A stretch of DNA of 59,999 nucleotides, filler included, from Sphacelaria rigidula (taxonomy: Eukaryota): assembly GCA_964200075.2 (NCBI GenBank). It is 2 parts of 2 records of this genome, joined end to end, with 100 filler letters (N's around TTAATTAATTAA, not from the genome) between each part and the next. Parts side by side here need not be neighbours in the genome. Positions count along the whole stretch, not along the records: positions 30,068 to 59,999 come from CAXNAA020000072.1; 1 more part is not named here. One strand, written 5' to 3'. The notes beneath the pieces were generated by a model that made no database searches, was not told the origin of the DNA, and saw only the letters and a list, made by a program, of their open reading frames with translations. Positions 33,301 to 45,300 of the stretch are shown piece by piece; position 1 is the first letter of the stretch; each line of letters begins with the position of its first letter. The translations under genes and the position numbers were made by a program.

Positions 33301-36300
33301 ATATACTTCTACATCGTGGTAACCCTAACTGCTCGGGACGATGTGGGACTCTTGCGGCACTGCTGCACGCATGCTGCTTGCTCCTTTTTTAATTGAACAG
33401 CGCTAGCGTGCCCGAGTCAGCAGTGGCAATGATAGCTAAGGACGGCGAGCGTGTACCCTTTCACGCCCTGTTTCGCATGACGGGTGCCGTGGAAACCTGG
33501 CTGACCAGGTATCCATCACATTGTAAAAGTAGTCCTGTCGCTGAGTTGAAATTACTACCCGTTTGCCGAAGACAGCGCTCGATTAGTTTCCTGAGGCAGA
33601 GAAAATGTGACGCTTGATCACATAACGGTGGTGTTCACTACCAACGAAGCGTGTGTTTTTTTCAGTCATGGAGGTTTTGAGGATGTCGTTGCTGTGGCTA
33701 TTTGGCTGCGACTGCCTACTTGTTGCACCGGACGAATACCTTAGCCGAAGCAGTAATGTACTTGCAAAAACTGATATCCACCCCATCAAATGTCTCGAGG
33801 TTTAGAATAGCCTTCACTGTAGTCGCCACGCAGAGGCAAGAAGAAGTCACAAACGAACCGCAGCTTCTGTGTGCACCAAATATTGCCCAGCGCGACAGGA
33901 TGTCTTCGAACCACGTGGCGAAAGCATCGATCTGAACGTACCGGAAGGAGAATAACCGTTTGAAAACCGTAAGCAGGGGTGTTCTCTAGAGGCTGTCAAG
34001 AGTCATCCTACGATAGGTGTATGTATGGGAGGGTATTGTGGGCTGTTCGTTCCACGAAACTACTACTCCGAACCGTCTTTGAAAGCAGCAGATTTTGTTC
34101 GAACGCGCTTGGTACCAGTGAGACACACTCATTCATACTACTTGATTCCATTTTTGCCCGAATACAAGCGCCCGGCGATTGTGTTAGGTTGTCTGACACA
34201 CGTATGAGACTCTTTTCATGAAATGAAGCATCCCCTACCGCAGAACACATCACGGCGCTTCGCACTTGGTGGTTGATGGCGAGCCTGGTCCGGCATAATC
34301 CGGCGTGCTCCGTCCGAGCTTCGCAGGCATGCGAGGTCATTGACCATGTGACTACGGTATGCAAGATCATGAGTGCCCCCCTATCATTCAGGAATACAGT
34401 ATCGAGAGCAGAATTGGGAATATGCCCACTCGAGACAATAGACATGGGAAATTGAAATAAAAATATAACGTAAGGAACATGCCAAGAAAAAAATTGCCAG
34501 TCATGGTTGATTGGGCTGTATTGAAGAACGTATCGAAGGGGAAGACTCGAAGAAGGTGGTAAAGCGTAGTCGAGGAAGTATGGAAGGATATTTAAGGGAT
34601 CGAAATGAGATAATAGTCACCGGTGAATGTGGGAGGTACAAGCCATCAAGACATGATATAAATAAGGCAAAAACAAGCGCTTAGACTGAAAGTGGACGAG
34701 GAAGAGCACCTCAACATACACGGGGAAATGAGAGACAGAATAGGAATGAGAACATATCTGCACGGCCCAATGAACTACGTAAACAAAGCTGAAGCTCCGA
34801 TTTCGAGTGGGGGACCTCAATCTACCAAAAAGAAGAAAGAGGTATACCAGTGGTCGGGTGAAGTAGAAGGTGGATGCACAGAACGGCCCTGTTGCAAAGA
34901 TAGCGATAGAGTAGAGCTGATATCGCGGCAGAATATGAATTATAGAAGGAGGAACAGGACGTGGTAGAGGTGGAAATATCGGAAGTAAACGAAGGTGGTG
35001 TGGAATCGTGCGATACATTGGACACAAGCGAGAAAACGATGCTTATACTAGGAGATAGATGGTGACCACAGACGCTGAAGCAGGAAGGGAATAACATATG
35101 TGAAAGGTTTTGTGTAATGTATGGAAGAAACGTAATGAGCGCTCAACTATTGTAGATGTCTCTATTAGGAGTAAGGATGGTGCTCCGGCTCGGAATGAAT
35201 ACGTGTTCAATGGCCAAATGACTAGGGCAAGCAACAAGCGAGTACGCCGCCACACCCCTCTATCGTAGATCACTCTCAGGTGAATGTTCATCTTTCCAGT
35301 CGTCACAAGCACAAGTCCGTTACTGCTCCGATGACTTCTACGATAAGCTTGCCTTGTCACGCACGACCAAGCTGCGTATCAGCTGCGACAACTTCGATCC
35401 ATTATCTACCTGTTGCTCGATACTCTCCAACGCAATTGAACGTCGAAGCACAAAAAGTCTCCCGTCTTCGTTGTGGCAGCTGGATGCAAGGAACCCGATG
35501 TGGGGCAGAGTCACCTTTTACCCAATGGCTGAAGTCATACGTGAAGTCGAGATTCAGATCATCACCTGGACTTTTCTTCGAGGTGTTGAATTTGACAAAG
35601 CTAAACATCGCTCAATGCTGCCAAGTAGCTTGTCTATGCGCCCTCAAGTGCCAAGCAATCTCATGCTTGTCCGTGAAGGCTGGTTACCTGGATGCAAACG
35701 ACCCTGATACTCAACCTGGACGACGCCCTGAGGGAGGCCGCCCTTTGGGAGGTGGATAAGCCCCGAGAAGAGTGGTTGTTCGGTTTCCCTGCGGAGCTGG
35801 CTCTACTCGCCGGTCAGGTGCTCAACGATGCCATGCTGCTTGTGCACAGTACCGCACCGCTGCGGATTGTTCACAAGCATTACTTATATACCACTCTATC
35901 TGGCGTGCGCTTCATCATGAAGGCATAACAAGTGAACTCTGTCACGGATAACACCCCTGTGCAGGATACGAGGTAGGTACGAGGGTAGAGACACGAACCA
36001 GGTTTCAAATATAATTCTCGCGTCATTCTTATTACTATATAAACTCTAACCTCGACGCCTATCCTACTCCGAATCCAACCCTCACCGTCGCTCTGGCTCA
36101 GATCATTTGGACTGAGGAGTGCGAGCGATCATTGGAAGAATATGAGAACGGTGCCGATGATGCGGTGAAGAAATATCTGGAAGTATGCTGTGTTCGACTA
36201 GAGGGACTCATCAAGCTGGTGCAGGGAGAGTGAGTTCAGGGTATTAGTAGTCCCACCGTAGACGATGGCCGAGGCAACGAGATTTTGGCTAACTTTGGGA

Positions 36301-39300
36301 CGATGGAGATACTGAAATCCATACAGATGTAAGCCCAGCGATTATTCATCACATACCACAGCTGATGATACACGAGCTGTCAGAAAGCAGCAATGACATT
36401 GATGAAGACGAACTCCAAGCGTAATTTCGAAGTAGTAAAATCGGGTAGTGTGCAATCCTGGACCAGTATGCTTTCGAGTGCTACGTTCTGAAACCTTCAT
36501 GCGTAAACAGGAGGAAGCCCTCCTCAAACTTCCATTGCTTGGGATGCTAGCTGTGTAAACCACCTGCACTTTACGGTGGTGACAATGACTACAAGGGCCC
36601 GTTTGCTGTTCAATATACCGGATGTTACTCGTCGAAAGGCATCATCACACGCTTATTCCCCTCCCCCCAGGCTTTCGAAGGAGTCTCGGGCGAAGATCAT
36701 CACGCTCATCACTATCGATGTTCACGGACGGGACGTGATTCAGGTATTTAATTCGTGCTCGAGCCATGTGCGTGGCAGCGGAAAGCACGGGGAAACATTG
36801 GTCTTGAAACATATGCTTCTGTCGTTGTGGTCAGTCAAAGACTTCGGTTACTTCGGTCGAACCCGTTCGTCTTACCTGAGAAGCGTAGTGCCCTAGTTCT
36901 TGTCTTACACTACCACGCGTTGGGGCGGGCGTCCCGTTTACTTATTCGAGACTCCTGAAATTCACGGCGGTATACTAGTTCGAGTGTTCCTCCCGATTCT
37001 GCAGGGGCACCATATAAGCGTGCAGTATTATCCCGTGCAAAATGGCATCCAAAGATACTCCGAAGGTGTCAAAATTCTTCAATCTCTTTCTTGACTGTGG
37101 TCAGAGAAGGTACGGTATCCTGAGGGGAAAGACAAGTACGCAAACAGATGCCTCAACGGCTGCAACCCGTAGAGTGTACAAAACGACAAGAGAAACGCCC
37201 GGGCGGCTCTGGGTTTGACTCGATAACGAGCGCATGCATTCATGTTCTGACTGCCAATACTACTGGTCTGCCTAGATTTGGCGACAGGGTATCGTACGGT
37301 GAATGTTGTCGGATTTCTACTTCTACAGGCGTATGCCCGGACTTACCATCTTCACGAATCCAAAGTGTCCGATCCGATGAAGCTTGTGGAAAACAAGGAA
37401 ACGTTTTCCTCGAAATGGTCGACCACTTTTGCCCCGCGTCCCGGTGGTATAATGATACAGCTAACGGTCGTTAGGTTAAAAGAATGCGGGTTCACTTTTC
37501 GGCAGATGCAGTCGAGTTTCGCCTTTGAGGGGTATCTGATTTCCGTTGTTGAAAAGCGTGGGGGCGTGGGTCGACATGAGTAGGGGAAGAAGTCCATTTG
37601 ACGAACGTCCACGTGGTGCGCGAGTGGTGATCGAATCCGTGATACCAAACTGTGAGGCATGTACCAAGCAAGAGATGAGATCATCCTTGAGACCATGAAC
37701 TCGTTCCGAGGAATCGGGAGGTGACGAGGGTGTGGCAGAGAGACATGAAAATCAAGGAGGCGGTGAAACTACTCCTCCGTATCTCGGGTCACCCAATGTA
37801 TATTTGTACCGAGAAATGATGGCGAGAGCACAACCAAGGGCGCAACGAAAGATGGTACAGGCGCATAGAGGTAAACGAAGACGAAGCAAATGAGAAGGTA
37901 GGCGTCATGATTTCCTAAAGACAGCTTTTAGCAACTGGATATAGTCTCTTCTATTCTGACGTACATGACGTGATCCTTACAGGGCCTCATCGATCGTCGT
38001 GTGGAGAGCAACCTCGACTTCGCGTGGCAGTCGCAGCTTCGATACTACTGGTCACCCCAGGTCCGCGATACTACTGTTGTTGGTCTTGAGCACAATCTCG
38101 TGGCTGTTGGTTTGCGCATTTGCTTTTCCTCCACTGACTGTTAATTCAGTCTCGAGGCACTGCATTCCTTCCTCTAAATGGTTTTTCGTTGCTTGTGAAT
38201 TCCATCCTTTGTAGTTGTTATCCTCCTAGAACGGAGAGAAACATTGTCACAGTAAAACTCAATCCCTACTGCAATCTAAGAGCGTAAAGGATCCCTCTCT
38301 TTCACTATTATAACACGTCCTCGCAATGTTGTGTTCTCGGGAATGCAGGCTGGAACAGGAAAGGGTAGTTCCGGCGCTGACATATCCGGGGCTAGGGAAG
38401 CTGGGGAACATGGAAGCGTGAGAATCAAGGTGACCATAACTAGGGTCACGGTCAGGGGCAGGGTCAGAGCTAGAGTTAGGCTCAAGATCGACAGCGTTAC
38501 TTTGTTTCCACTGTCGCAGGGTGGCAAAGCTATTTGTGTCGTCTTCATACCGGAGACGTATGCGCTCGTAGATACCTGAATACTTCGGGGTGTAGTCGCT
38601 GCTCCAAGTCTTCACAGTACATAGGGGTAGCGACTTTGTAACATAGTTGGTGGATCCGGCCGGAAAAACTGGTGTGCGTCGAGCCATAGTAACAACACTT
38701 TGCATCGGGGGGCACATTTGAATTCTGGCGCAATACTGTTTTGATTCGACGGCAGTTTATAGATTCACCGTCGCGTGTCACGCATGCTCGAACTACGGTA
38801 CATGACATGCTTTCTCGCTGAACGACATCACAGATTTGTGACTTCCGATCGGTGTACTCCTTCGAGTTCGTGGGCAACTGCGGCCGGCTAGTCATCACCC
38901 CCCTCACAGACCGATGCAATGTGACGTTGACGACGGCCTTGAGGCTACTACTGGGCGGAGCACCCGCTGGGCCAGCGGGGACGGGAAAAACTGAAACGAC
39001 CAAGGTGCCGAAGTTTGCGGACATACGAAGCAAAAATCGTGCCCATCCCTTGAAGACTACCGCGATGCCTTTCAATCGGCGTCTTTGTAACTGGACGCTC
39101 AGAGTTTAGGACACATGCCAGAGTGTAAGATAAGCTTAGGGTGTGTCGCAAGAAACAATCGGATGAGAAAGGGGAAAATGGTGGCCGCAAGGGGACATGA
39201 AAAGAAGGACTAGTGGTTCATCGACAACAGGTGGAACGGTATACGGGTGGACAACCCAACGTACCTCGAAAATCCTTGTAGAATACAAGAAAAAGGCAAT

Positions 39301-42300
39301 CTGACGCACCAATGGGAGAGTGGGTCCTCAAATATAGCTTTGAGCGTGGGCCCAAATTACCGTCTTCGGTTAAAGGGTCAGACTCTACTTGAGTGTGTTC
39401 CGAAGTATCAGAGTGTAGAGTTGATCTGCCAGCACTTCTTTGAGAAGCATCAAAATTTGGAGATGATCTTCAAGTATTGTTTGACACGTTCTACCGAAAG
39501 GCCGAAGAGTGCGTTGGCCTTGTCCGCGAAGAGAGGAACAGGACTCGGAACGCAGCTAGAAGCGACCAAGATTCATACAGTACGTAACTTTGAGTCGGTG
39601 GATATCCACGAACCGGGGCAATATTCGCATTTTTAGTTTTATAATTTTCACTCGTCACACTTTGAACCCCTCCCCTTTCTCGGGATGAGTCTGTGGTCTC
39701 AAGGGATCACCCATCTCTCCTCCGGTACGCATGAACATCGAAAACGAAGAAAGTACACCACATTGTCATTTTTTGCTACCCCACTGTACTTTTCTGCTGC
39801 CAGTGTAATAAGAGTTGGTACGGACGTCGTGTGTTTCATCCGAAGCTAAGCGCGTTACTCGTCCGCGATAGTTTATGCTATGGTTTGTGAGTTGAAAAAT
39901 CTCAGGAGACACGACACTCGCGCAATCTCTTCCCTGATCTTTGGCGATGCTTTGGACTTGTTGCCTTGACCACAATGGTCTCTCCCGCAGGATCTAGCGA
40001 GGGGGTTGGGGCTGCCGTGCTACGTTTTCAATTGCTCCGACCAGATGAACTACCGCACCATGGCGGACATCTTCAAAGGACTTACCCAGGTGCGGTTAGT
40101 AGCATATGCACAATATTTTCTAAGCGGTCGCGCCCCGATGGTCAAAATTAAATTGTTACACCAACGGTCCATTAGGGCGAAGGGTCACAGGTTCAAACCC
40201 CGACAGATACCGTTTTGATGTAGCATAATCAGTCGTCCGTCTTTGAAAGCGTGAGAGTGTGACTCGCGAATAACATGTCATGATAGTCGGCGGGGTGAGG
40301 AAGTACCGACCCAGTGAATCCTCGACAGCAGTGGCAGGAAGTCACCGGGGAGCAATGGATTATTACACCGAGACTAAGGACTACCAGTACTATGGCTATA
40401 CAAACACAATCGCAGCACTGCTAGTACTACCGCATCGTCTAGACGTGAGAGAGTGCTGCAGAACGGCCTCGACCGGTTTTGATCCCCCGCCTTTGTGGAG
40501 GACTTGCACAAGCGCTTAGACGTTAGGCGGCAATCTGCTGCATTCGAGACGAACACGCTGCTTCGCTCGACATTTGTGCTCGTCGTCCAGGTGAAATGCT
40601 CGCAGAGGCCCGGAGTACTTGGTCATTTCAATCGTAAGCAAAACCGACACTTGATTGGTATAGAGATTCGGTTTATGAAGACGGAGCGTCGAGGCCGATA
40701 AACAAAGTGAACTACTTTTAGGCTCAAAATAGTTTGAGTAGGCCTGCGAGGTGTCCTCAAGATAGCCGAGTTGGTCTTGATAGCTCCCATCTCTCGCGGA
40801 CGGGCCTTCGACGAACCTACATATTACTTTTTCCGCTACACACAAGTTCAAAAGTAATTACGTATACCCGGAAATAAGGGGGTATATATCTCAGTCGACT
40901 TGTAACATTCGAGTGCTGGAGTATCCGCCACTGCCAACGTCGTGTGATTCGTGCATATTTGTTTTCTGTAACAAGCAGGTTGGGGCTTGGGGATGCTTCG
41001 ACGAGTTCAACCGCATCTCGATAGAGGTGAGGGGGACCTAATGAATTTGTAGGGGACCGTACATGAGGGGAAAATCCTGTCCAAGGCGCTTCCTACGGCT
41101 CCAGTAGAAGTTAGCTCCCCTCAGCAACGTGACACAAGCTACTGTCTTTTTGCGTAAGGTCTTGGGAGCGACAGCCATTTTGTTTTGCCCGCAATCTTCG
41201 TGTGAAGATTTGATGGCCTGTGAAGTAAGCCAAGGCAACGGCAAAACGAAAACGTGAGATGTTTGTACATCGCGCCGTCTGACGACGCGTCCGCACGTTT
41301 ACGCAGGTTCTCTCCGTTGTTGCCACCCAAGTGAAGTGCATTCAAGCTGCGGTTGCGCGGTTCTCGAACCCTGACCTGAGGGAGCCGCAGTTTCAACATT
41401 TGCCCGCAGGCACTCCCAACGTGAAGGTGAGTGACAACGAAGAATATCGAACCTGATCAAGTACGGGTCAGTGTAGGTCAAGACTTGCTACTGCTTCCAT
41501 CATGGTCTCATCTGCTAGCGCAGTGCGCACGCTATATTTGTTCATATGGCTGGTGGTAGATCTTGCGGCAAAACCACCGAAAGTATATCTATAGTATATC
41601 TATATATATATATATGTATCTTCTGTTTTCTTAGTGTTTGTGTGTTCGATACGAACACAGTCTCAATGTGAACCCTGACCTGAGGGAGTCCCGTGTTGCC
41701 ACTTCCCCGTGGGCTCCACCAGTGTGGGGATGGTTTGTCCACAGTGCGTATGATACCTGGACAGGCCCGCCAACTCCATGGCACGGTGGCTACAATGACA
41801 CTCTGCGGGCAAGTAGAGACTGCTCTTGTTTCTCTTTCCTTCCTTTCGTTTGTCACAGACCAACCGAATTTGCCTTTCATGTTCCTATGCCGCACTCCAA
41901 GTGTTTGCGTCAGAAGGTGATCGGAACTGTATTGTGTTGGAAGCAGACTAGATGTGCTACCCTTCAATGTTGTTTTCACCGTTTGGGCAGGAAGGCGCAT
42001 TTAATATTATCGGGGAAATAGGATTGAGGGTCCCGTAGATGGGTCCTATCCAGTCGCTTTAACGTTTTTCATGTAGCCGTTTCGATCATCGTCACCCTGT
42101 TCCGCTGGGGTTCAGCGACTTCCGTTCTCTTTTCCTGAATCCTGTTCTTTATTTTGATGGTGTGATCGGATATTCTGCTTTCACACGACCTCTAGTAGAA
42201 CCGTTTGTCAGATCTTCTGCTCATAAATGCTCTACATTCCCCTGATTCTCGACAATTTCGATTCTGACGGCTCTTCCAAAGCAGCTAGTGGTTGTGATGA

Positions 42301-45300
42301 AAATCTCCATCATCATTTGCCATTGACGTCTCCCCCATCATCTCCACAGGTAGGCGTGTTCGACTTTCTTGGTGAAGTGGTGTCGATGATACCTACTTGC
42401 GGGTTCTTCATCACTATGAACCCTGGATACGCCGGACGCACGGAACTCCCAGAGAACCTGAAGGCGCTCTTCAGGTGGAACTTGATTTAGAGAAGGAAAA
42501 GCCGGTATGGGGCGCTGATGTACATGTCGTTTGCATCATATATAGTTCAGTCCACTTTTGAAGCGCATTTGGACCGGCAGAGCAGATTTCGCCGCGGTGT
42601 TCACTTGGTGCCTGCGGCTACAAATTTCGTATCCTTTCCAGAACTAATTTGCTGCGGTGACAGCTATGGGTCTACACCGCTTGTCGATATCCCTCCATTT
42701 TCATCGGACGTCGTTGCTCCACTTTCAGGTCGTGTGCAATGATTAGGCCAGACCTTCGACCTATCTGCGAGAACATGCTCATGGCCGAGGGGTTCGTCAA
42801 GGCTCGAGCGCTGGCTGTCAAGTTCGTCACACTCTACTCCTTGTCGTCGGAGCTACTCTCCAAACAGGTAGGTGTACATAGGCCACAATTTAGTTCGTAG
42901 CGGGCCTTCACCTCAACATGCTCGAGTATATTTCCGACGAATGTGTGCCGAAGTCTGCTGGTACCGTGCGCCTGTCCTCTGTTTCTGCCGGTCCATGCTG
43001 CTTTTGTTCCAAAGTTCCACTACGACTGGGGACTGCGAGCGGTCAAGTCAGTTCTTCTAGTCGCTGGGAAGTTGAAGCGATCTGATCCTGATATTGACGA
43101 GGAAGCCGTACTAATGCGGGCGCTACGGGATTTCAACACCCCCAAGGTTTGTCAGTCTGTGTTCGTGTATCCGTTTGTGTCAAATATTGGTTATACTCCG
43201 GAGTCGGTGACATGAAGGAGTCATAGTTTTCAGCTGGCGCATAATTTCACCAACACTTTGGGGAAAACCGCGTTGGCGCGCACAATGCCAATGCCTTCAC
43301 CGCGTATTTCAATCCTCTGCTATTTGCAAGCAGGTGTGTTCATCGTGGCCCTGTTTCCTGGGAATAGCGTTCAGGACTTACCGTCCGTTACCTTCATTCA
43401 TGTTTTCTCGTGGGGTGACATGAATTCGTTGTAAAAAGCAAACAGAGGAGGGTTTATTTGAAGGCCATACCTGCGCCACCTCAAGCATTTCCAGAAATCG
43501 GTCACGTGAGAAGTGGAAGCATTCCGCGAACCTCTGCGGGTAACGTTCGGCGTGAATCACAAAGCACACCCGTAGCAGGCTCCTGGAATCATGGCAAAAC
43601 TATTTGCCCCAATATGGCTACATTTATCCCACGGCATAGGATAAGGACGCCGTTTGCTCGACGCACATCCCGATAACGTTCGCGAGCAGTGCTATCCCAA
43701 CTGATTGATTGTATCTTCACTGCGAAATTTCCGTTCACAGATCGTAAGCGCGGATACGCCCATCTTCCTGCGGCTCATTGCTGACCTTTTTCCGTCCATG
43801 GACTTGGCTCCAAAGGTAAAACCCTGTATCTACCAGCGTTTCGTGAAAATGTGAAAGGGCATGTCAGTTTCGAGCTCAGGTCTTGTCTAGCTGACTGACG
43901 AGAAGTACGCCATCATGCGTGTGCAACGTACGTCATGTGGCGTGTTCTTGCGGGCGAATAAAAATTTGAATGGTGCGGGAGATGTAGTTGCCTTTCTCCT
44001 GTGAATTATACAATATGTGATTCTTCGGCCATTCAAATACCATTGCGGTAACCCTCTGCTGAAGTTCAGTCAGTACCCGAACGCCGATGTGTTTTGTCGT
44101 CGGTCCATGTTTGGTAAGAGACAAGCAACATCAGGTGTTGGTAGACCGGATGCACAATTTGTTCCCATTGAACGTCAGGCTCCATGGGTATTGTTCTCCA
44201 TGCCCTTCTCGTCACCAGTTGTCCGCAAAAATTTCCAGTTTCATGGTACTCTTAGTGGTAGCTCTACACTACCGCACCCCTCAATTTCCAGTAGCCTGTA
44301 CTGGTTTGTACTCCTACATGGCATGCACTCAAAATCATTGTAGTTCGTTGCTGGCCGCTTCGATTCCTTACCGCATGAATAAACAATTGACGCGTGGCTG
44401 TATTCGCTGATATATGACACTTCCAGTAACACCGGGTGCAAGAAGACGGCATGGGGCTTTGTACGTGCGCAAGGTCGGCCAGATGAAATATGCTGCTCTT
44501 AGTATGCATTGACCAGGATCTTGTGCCCGTCAAACAGTTTTTTAGTCTATTTTCGTTACGTGGTACGTATGCAAAACCAATATGATGCTGTTCCCAACTC
44601 TTTTTCATCGTCATTGTCCGATATACCGAGAGCATTCTCGTATTAAACTGCAGTGTCTCTGGAACACAGTCACTGGTGTCCGCTAGCTAGTATAAACAGC
44701 CGTTTGGAGCGTAATCCTCAAAGGACGTTGTGGCTCAGTGCCGCCCGTGACCTGAATCACGGCACGCTGAACTGAGGCATGGGAAATACATTGCGCACAT
44801 GAATCGCAGCTATGTGATTCCACCTCCGAACATCAGTATCTGTGTGCACCCCAGTGAGGGACTCGTCGCTTTAGGGCAATTATCTGATTCCTCGCGTTTA
44901 CCGCTAATAGTGTGCCTTGAAGGGGTCGTTCACTCATGAAGCACTGCGTTTCGACACCAACACCACCGAGACCCCCATCACACCCCGGCTTGTCTGAAGG
45001 TTAATGAGAGCCTATCGGAAACATGTACGAAGGTGTGCGTGGACGAGCTGTCCTTACAACCCGACCACGATTTCGTGGTGAAGGTTGTGCAGTTTCAGGA
45101 GCTGCTGGATGTACGGCACAGGTATTGAACTGACACAAACCCTAGCAGTACTGCCGTTTCTACCAGGAAGCATTAAAGTTGCACACAGGGGTCGAATGTT
45201 GTACATATCCAGCAGCAGGCACTGCGCAGGGATAAAGCAGGTAGCAATAATACGCTTCGGGCGTCTACAATACTCTTGGACATGTTTCTAAGGGATAGCG

